Shown in pieces: positions 54,001 to 63,000 of a stretch of DNA of 64,000 nucleotides. The notes beneath the pieces were generated by a model that was not told the origin of the DNA, made no database searches, and was given only the letters and a program-made list of their open reading frames with translations. The DNA lies in NCBI GenBank assembly GCA_021735655.1, contig JAIPGM010000001.1:64001-128000 (forward strand). The letters run 5' to 3'. Positions within the stretch are counted from its first letter, which is position 1. Every line of letters starts with the position of its first letter. This DNA comes from Candidatus Omnitrophota bacterium (GTDB taxonomy: Bacteria; Omnitrophota; Gorgyraeia; Duberdicusellales; 4484-171). A program made the translations under genes and the position numbers.

Positions 54001-57000
54001 TTTGAGATGATTGCTCGCCTAAGGTCAGGCCAGGCACAGCGAAGACCTTTAGATAATGGTAAAAAAGAAAATCCAGTAATAGTTATTCCAGTCCATGTGC
54101 CAGGACAAAATCAAGCCGTAAGTCAGATATTGTCAGATCAAGGAGTAGATAATGAACTTTTTCCGATAACCGTACGTGAATACGAGTGGTATATGCATAA
54201 AAGAATTCGCGAAAAAATTGAAAGTATAAAAGCACAAGCTATTACTACTGTTATCTATGGTTCAAGGTGGCGGGTGTGTGTTCATGATGCTTTTTATGGA
54301 GTGCTACTGGCAACCTCGCTTGATGAAGATAGGGTTGATTTTGATCAGGTTGAGATTTTAATCCCAATTGATTATATTGATGGGATCGACCAAGCTATTT
54401 TAGATAGGCCAGAATTCGTAAATGCTGATTTTAGCAACACCCACTTATTTGGTGGAAATATGAGCACGGAAAATTTATTTCTCATCCCACACCGAATTTT
54501 TGTTTATGGTCAACAGTATCCTGACTTTTCGGGAAGAAAATTAGATGAAATAGATGCTGATTTTACCGTAAGAATTTTTCGTACAGCTCAAGAAATGGCT
54601 GCGCATATCAAATCAAGCCGTAATCATCAAGCTCAGACGCCACTAGATAACGGTAAAAAAGTCAATAAGTTGGACTTAGTCAATTCGCAAGTCAGAGGTT
54701 TAATTTCCGGCAATCAGACTCGTTTTCAGTCGCGACATTTAACTTATACTAATTCGGTAGAGGGGATTAAGGTGGACGATTTAGTTGGTAGTGAAGAACA
54801 GCTAGGAAGAATTATTGATTTTCTTGAACAAATTTATGATAAGGGCGTGGGAAGCTTAGGTGATATTTTACTTTATGGCGGAGCAGTAAGAAGAAAGGTT
54901 TATGATTTAGGTCGTTTTGTCAGCGATTACGATCTTATGGCCCTTCCGAAGCTATCGGCGCGTGAATTACAATTACCAGTAAAAGCTCAGAGGAAGGTTG
55001 CCCGGGGAAAAGCCGAAGCAATCTTAGAAATGGTTGCTGATGATTTAGATAGTACTCCTGAGCGGATAAGTTCACCGCGCGGCAAAGCTGCCTTTGAACG
55101 CATACCGGTAAGCTTAACTTGCTATATTGGCCAAGACGGGGCACCGATTAGCTTCATTAAGCGCAGCCGTCAGCATTTTATCGATTTATCGATTTCACAT
55201 ACCTATATATCAGTTGGTCAAAGACTTATTTGGGATTTTTGGAACGGTCAGGGCTTAGCTGATTCAGTTACTAGCACAGCTCGTTTAGTCGGGTTTGCCG
55301 ATGAAGACGAAATAACCTTACCTAATGTTTTAAGAACAATCAGATTCGTTTATGAATGCGGTCTTAATTTCGAACCAGAGACCGAGCGGATAGTCAGAGG
55401 TTATCTTAGACGATCCCCGGATAGAATTTCTTTAGGAACATTGTCAGATCTTTCGCGGGACATGATTGAGAATGTTCTTTTTGGTATATTCCTTGGAATT
55501 ATGCGGGCTGCTGAATCACAGGAGGCACAGGAGGAGGCCAAAGCTTTCTTGCGGGAAATCGATCCGAACGAGGTATTAACTGATTTCTCACCGCAAATTA
55601 CCAATGAACTTCATTCTAGCCGTCCGCTCGATAATGGAAGGCAACGCGCCTATCAAGATATCGGAGAGTTTACTCACAAACATGTTGTTTATCCGGAATA
55701 TTTACCGGGCGGAACAACCGTAGATAAGCTCATTGAGCGTGAAATGCCCTCAGCCTTATTTGCTTATGAAACAATATTAAGAATAAGACATTGGATGGAT
55801 TCTAATGGGCTAAGTAATCGGCCATTAGTTATTTGGCAGAATATGCGCTTAGCTGGTTTATATCCTTACATGACTAAAGAAGTAATGAGAGAGCTTGAAA
55901 TTATAGAAGTTTCGTCAGAACAAATGAACAGTATTGTTGCTGGAAGAAGAAAATTGCCGCAAGGGCTACAAACGGCACGATTTATACTTATCCGTCATAA
56001 AATTCCTTCATTGCGTGTTCCTTATGATAGTAGTTTTCCGGATGCCTTGTCAGCCTTTGGAGCAAAACTGAAAGCTCCGGTGATGATGCTTGACCATTCA
56101 GCTTGTCATTTTAGCCGGGCACAGCAGCCACTTTTAGGTATGATGTATGACGAACAATATTTGAGATCTAATATCGCTATTAATTGGTTAAATAACCAAA
56201 GAGATCTTTCAGAAGTTACTGATTTGCTTTTAGAAGATACAGTTTTAATAGCGGTAAATGCAAATACATTGCTTAATGGCTCTTACGATCCAAAACATGC
56301 GTCGTTTTTAGATGATTGTGATGGAATCCTCGATCGTAGCCCCAAGGAAACAGTAAGCATCGCCGGTCAAGATACTCCGATTGGAGATGCTTTCTTCAGG
56401 GTTTATGAAGCACGCACTGATAAAGCGATAGCTAGTTATAATGCTGATGCTCAGGCTAAACCTTTAGATAACGGAAAGATAAGTCCAGCCGAACAACGCC
56501 TAGTCAAAGATACACTTTTAATTTCCTATCGAGAAGAAACAACCATTCCGGAAGGTTTCCTTAAAGCGGAAGCTGATTCAAAAAGGTTTGAGGCTTATTT
56601 AGATAAGCAAGTTAGACATATTTTATGGGAAATGAGTACAAATATAATTTTACATGCAGCCGGTAATGGCTCAGTAACTGTTAATCTAGTTACTTTAGAT
56701 GGTCAGTCGGCCTTAGAAATTATTTCTGAGAGTGATGCTTCGGAATTCTCATTAAGTAACTTTTTTGTTAGTTATGATGATTTAGTTAATTTTGCCGCTA
56801 ACCTTAGTAGTAAACATGTGGGATTATTACAGATGATGCAATATGCTGATCGTTTCCGATTTACTCATCGAGATGGCATTTTAACTATTGAAATCGTAAA
56901 GTGGCAAGATCAGACACAACCAAAGGAAATTGCTATTGATTTAGCAGTTGATCAGGCTTCAGTTGAGACAGCCTTAGCTAAAGTTAGGACTGCTCCTAAT

Positions 57001-60000
57001 AGTAATCGTCAGCGTTTAGAAATACTTTCTCAAGATAAGGGAGAAATTGGTGCAGTAGCTCAAATTTTTATTCAGAGCATTAGTGCGCCTTTAGATAATG
57101 GAAAGAAACTTGACCCTGAGACCGAACTTAGAAGAATCGCTCAAGAGTTAGATGATTTAGGCTTGGGCCAAGCTGATGTCAGTGACAGTATTGATAGAGT
57201 AAGGGTTGCTTTAGGGCAAGGTTGGTATATACCGGAAAATAGGCCGCATATTGAAATTCTAGGCGATGAGCAGGGGAGGCTTTTACGTGCCTTAGATGAA
57301 ACTCATCTGCATCAAGAGCTGCCGGTAGTCGGAGCCGTAGATACAATAGTTGCAAAGTTGTGTGGTTTTTGTTTTCGTTCGGCTGACGTAGTAGTTTTAT
57401 CGCCCAGAGGAAGGAGAGGTTTCTTTATTCGTCGGGCAATTAAACCATATGAGGGTTATCTTACTTTGGTTGGCGGCGGGGTCCAGAGCGGTAGTTATGA
57501 AACAACCGCAAGAATGGAGATAAGAGAAGAGTTGATTTTAAGCAGATTACCAACTAATCCAATACAGATTATTAGTTATTATATTGCCGTAAAGCACATA
57601 TCTTATCTTAAAGGTGCTTTCTTATTATATATTTTAACTGATGATGAATTAGGCCAAGCTAGGGAATCCAGTCGCCGGGTTAATTCAGCTAAGGTAAATA
57701 AGAGCCGAGGAGAATTTATTGCTTGGTTAGCTCAACAGCGCGATCAGGAAGATGGTACTGGCGAGGCTTTTGGAATTTATGAGATTGATCTTGAAACAGT
57801 ATTTGATCGTCATCTACCGAATCCTGAAGTAGCTGGCGAAATTGGCCTAAGAATTCCTGAAACTTACGTTGGTGGTGAAGTTGAAGAAGAGTTTGCCGCC
57901 TATACCCCGGATATATTACAGTTATTTATGCAAGATCCAGCAAGGATAGCCAGAGCTAAAGAGGAATCCTTGAAACTCATCCGAGGACCTTTAGATAATG
58001 GAAAAACCCAGCAAGAAAGGAAACGTATTTTAGCTAGAGCTCGGTCAATCAGAAATACCAACCACGATATTGGTAATCATCTAAATGGTTTGCTAGGCTG
58101 TTTGAAAGAATCCAAAGAAATTGAAGAAGCTTATGCGATTTTTGGAAGATTTTCCGCAGACATTGCTGGTTTAAGAAAGTATCGCGAAGGTGGCGAGGCT
58201 GTTACCGATCAAGTTCTTGATGAAATAGCTCAGGCTTGTGATCATTGTGAAGCATTATTGGAAGAGTTACGTGATAAACTTCTTGAATTTGAATTTATCC
58301 GGACTATGGGTATTGACGATTTGGGTGAATGTTTTAGTCATATGGATCTAGAAATAAGAGGGTGGTTAGTCCAGGCAACCAAAGATGCCTATGATGTAGT
58401 TTTAATGTTGTTACATGACGAGATAGCCATTTTTAGTGCAGTTGAGGCAATAACTTTTATAACTCGAAGAGAGGCTAGCGAAGAAGAACTTGAGGTTCCC
58501 GAGATAAGGGTCAATCCTGAAGGTAGTCGAGTTATAGTATCGATAAACAGTCGTTACTTTTTAGGAATTTTTATGAATATCATCAGGAATTCTTGCACAG
58601 TTTGCAAGGGAATGTCTGGTCCGTTTGCTTCGATTGAAATTGATGAATCAGGAGAAGAATTTAAAGTTGTGGTTCGCGATAACGGACCGGGCATGAATGA
58701 TGCTCAGGTGCATCAATACAATCTTCAAGCGGTCGGTGATCTAACGGCTGTTACCGGAGTAATTTCTTCAAAGCCAGCCAAGGTACATGCTGAATCAAGT
58801 GGCTACGGCCGAGGCCTAAAAGAAGTTATTGCTGATATTGTTTTGCTTGGTGGGCGTACTTTTGTTGAGCGGTTATCAGCCGGAGGCATGCAAACCGTAG
58901 TAATTTTACCGAAACGACAAATAAAGAAACCTTTAGATAATGGCAAAAAATCTTTAAAATCTCGCCTAGCTGAAGCCGATACAGTAATTATTCCTACGCT
59001 GGTTGGTTTAACTGAGGGTCGAATTACTATGATAGTAGGTGATAATTTTGTGTCTTCTTACCAAACAGTTTTAGAGTTTTTAAATAGTGAAAAAACTAAC
59101 ATAACCGCTCTAAAGACAATATCAGGAGTTTTAAGTGAATTTTTCTTCGACGGTCATCCTAAGGCGGTAATGGTAGGTGAAGCTGATCTAGAGGCGGTGG
59201 GTATAGTTTTACCTGAGAGTGGAATAATTGATCCATCCAAAGATAATGTAGACATAGATGATTTAAGACAAAAGATCCTTGAGCTGCGTGATGTCATTGC
59301 CGGGTTTCCTTTAAGTCAAGTTGAAGAGTTTGAACAACATAAGTTTGATACCTTGGCTGACAATAAAAAACAAAAAATAGACGAAGATTTAACCGTATAT
59401 GCTAATACTCATATCTTTGACCTTAGATTAAGGGCAAAAAATGAAAGTGAAGTTGTGGTAAGAACTTTTAAGAATTCTCCGGTTGTTTCAGATCAAGTAG
59501 AGATTTTGGGAGTTGGCCCGGAAACTATCCAAACATGGTCAAGAATAATAGAAGCTTCAGAATTAATTGCTCTTTTTGGCCAGTTCCCTCAAGAATTAAC
59601 TCCAGCCTTAGAGGATAAAGTTATAGTGAAAGTTGCTGTTCCGCTTGATAACGGCCGGAATAGTTCAGCTGATACAACTAACCAGCTATTAACCCAACTT
59701 GAGCAAATGGCTCGCGGTCAGATTCCTGACGCTCAAGCCAGTAAAATAATTAAACAACTTTTAGTTTTGGGTACCGAGCGTTCGGATGTCCAAAGAGCTT
59801 TATTACTTTACAGTCGCCTGAGAGAGAAGCCACTCGATGGTTTATTTGATAATTATCATATAAATGGTGTGCCGGTAAGATTAGCAAGAGATCAAGAAGT
59901 CGTTTATATGACTAGAACCGGAAAAACTTTTAAACAGGTTTTTGGTGGTAAAAATATTATGGTTGTCGAAGTCCATCCGGATGACGCTATGCTTAATTTT

Positions 60001-63000
60001 GGTGATCTTGCCTTTGCTTTAAAAATGTATGGCGATAGTAATACTATTTTTGCTATGGCCATACCTGATCCAGCCGGAGTTTCTGATTATCAAGTAGATT
60101 TTATCAGAGTCCTTTACCTGATTAGTGAGTTTCTTGCGTTCTCAAAATCTGGGGATTTCGTAACCAAAATTGCAGAAAACCCTTTTATGAATACGAGTTC
60201 AAATGTATTAAAGTCTTGGATTCGGAGCGCTGAAGCTAAACTTGGGTCTGATTGCATGGCTCAAGGTGAATATGTAGATTTAGAGATAAACTTACCGATT
60301 GATCAAGCAGCTCGTGATGAATCTGGCCGATTGTTATCATTTGAGACTATATTCCAGGAACCAACTGATGAAGATCAAGAAAAAGTAGATAATTTAGTTA
60401 AGCAGCATTCCGATAGAGATATCTATATAGTTCCATCTCCGTTTTCGAATCATCCGCATCATCGAGCAATAGCCCGGATATTTTTATCAGCTATTTATCA
60501 ATTTAATCCGAATGCCCAGATATTTCTTTGGGATGATGATTTAAGTTTTAGACAGCATCGAATGAGAGCAAACACATTCTATTTCTATAGTCAATTAGAA
60601 CAGGCTCATAAGGAGAAATGGATTGAAAAAATTTATGATTCTCAAATTCTAAGAAGAGGTAAGGGTTTTTATGCCCAGCGAGCCGAACAAATAGCTTTAG
60701 CTGCGGCTGATGCTGGATTTAAAGAGATGATATTTGAGCGTGGCGATGTAGAGGCTTTCCTGGTTATTTTGGCCCATGAGCTTTTTTACGCTGAAAGATT
60801 ATTAAAGGTGAACATTGTTGAACGGCCAGCAGGTAGGCCTCTCGACAACGGTCGTCAATCAGATAAGGTTCAAGAAATAAGCTTTAGTGATAGAGTAGCG
60901 CTCAGACTTTTAAGCTTCTTGCATTTAATTAGAATGCCTACTTGGATTGTTTGGCATCTTACGCCAATTCGTTTTCGGGGTGGAATATTAGTTAGCGGCG
61001 GTGATTGTGCTGGTCTTAACCCAGTTGCCGGATATCTTTCGCGTTATCTTTGGCAAGATGGCCATATGCTAGCCGGGGTTAAAAAAGGCTTAGATGGCTT
61101 GATTAAAGCTGACCCAACTTCTGAGATTGTTCCAATAACTAGGGGAATGGCTAAGATTATGCCTTATGCTCCGAGTTTTGAATTTGCTTCAACCCGCAGG
61201 AATTTAAAAGAGGGAGAAGCTGAGACCGCCGTAGCCTTAGATAATATCCGTAAGAATTTTGGATTTTTAGTAGTTATTGGCGGCAATGATCATCTTTATG
61301 AAGCTAAAAAATTAGGTGAATTATTGGAGAAGGCCGGGTTAAAAGTTATTGTAGTTGGCGTGCCTAAAACAATTGATGCTGACACTTTATACACTAAACC
61401 CTTAGGAATTGAGTCAGCTGCCCAAGCGGTGAACGAATATGTTTATCGGGCAGCAGCTTTACCGGGGTCAGGCGAAGTAGTAATTATTGAAGCTATGGGT
61501 CGGGATTGCGGTTATTTAGCAGCTCGGGCCGGAGATAGAAGAGATGAAGCGATCGCCTTACTTGGTGCCGAGTTAGCCGAAAAAGCCGAAAAAGCCAAGC
61601 CAACTATGGAGACTTATGTTCCCGAGCATCCTAAAACTGTAGCTGAAATCCGCCGCCGGGCTAGAGAAAAAATGGCTAAAGTCGGAGCAATAACTATTAT
61701 TCTTTCTGAAGGTTTTAGAATTAACCAAACAGATGATCCGGACTATGGACCATTGCTAGAGGCTAATCCAGTATTAGCTGAAATCCTTAGAGGGCTTAAG
61801 CCTGACACACAAGGAAATATTGTTATTCCACAAGGTATTGCTGCTGAATTTGTCGCAGCTATTTTAGCCGAATATAATCCGACAATAGAAGTATTAGGTT
61901 TTACACCGCGCGGGGCTATCCCGGTTGATCAGGAAAGAGAGCTTGCTTCCGGTTTTGCCCGTCAAGCTAGAAAAGCTATAGTTGAAAGAATCAGTGGCAG
62001 GGCTGTTGCCTGTTGTGATGATATTAATCATCCGGCTGATTTAGGCGTTATTGACCTTGTGCCGATAACTCGGGTTTGCGGTAAAGATGCTAAAGGAAGA
62101 TCCATCAGTAAAGATGTAGATCAAATTATGAGTTTAACTGATCAGAAAGCAGCCGGAGTGATAATTTCCGATAATCAAGAAATTATGCCGGAAGAACCAT
62201 CAGCTGAGACTATTCGGAATAAAGATCCGCCGACTACCGTTAGCGCAGTTGCTGCAACTGCAATTTCAGCCTGGGCACATCGTCGGCCTTCAATTTTTGT
62301 TATTCGCGGGCAGGAAGCTGATGAAACAGTTAATCGATTAGCAGATCTTTTAGCTGCATCAACCAATTTAGGGGTTATCTATGTACGTCAAAGAACTGAA
62401 AATTCATATCTTGTTCTTTCGCGAAATACGTCTTTATCCTTAGGGGAGGTTCTTTCTAGCGCTCACCAGATAAAAGCAGCTGTTGGCCATCTCAATGTTG
62501 TTGTTTCACCATATTTTCAAATCAGAAAGAATGATCCAGTCATAGTTCAGTTAAGCCAAGTCAGAGAAAGGCTAACTGCTGAATTATCTGCCTTAGGTGA
62601 AGCTAAGGACAATCAAGCTAAGCGAGAAGGTATAATCAAGGCTCTTGCGCCTTATCGAGAGTTAGCCTTACGTTTAGCTAATGGCGATATTTCTGATTCA
62701 GCCTACTACGAATTTAATCCAGCCTTAAATGATCTTGGTCAGGTAGTTAAATTGATACTTTCCTTAGCTGTTCCTCAGGTCGAGAATCATACAGGGCCAT
62801 TGTCCGGCATGCGGCTGACTTCTTTAGGCCGGGCTTTAGATAGAGAAGAGAGAATCTTAACTTATAAACCGCTTGACAATGGCAAATCAAAAGAAGTTAT
62901 GACAGTTTCACACTTAGCTTATCCGACAAAGGCAGCTCTTATTCTTGAATTTGGTTTTTATCATGAAATAGAGCTTACTGCGGGGTACTTTTGCCTAGAG

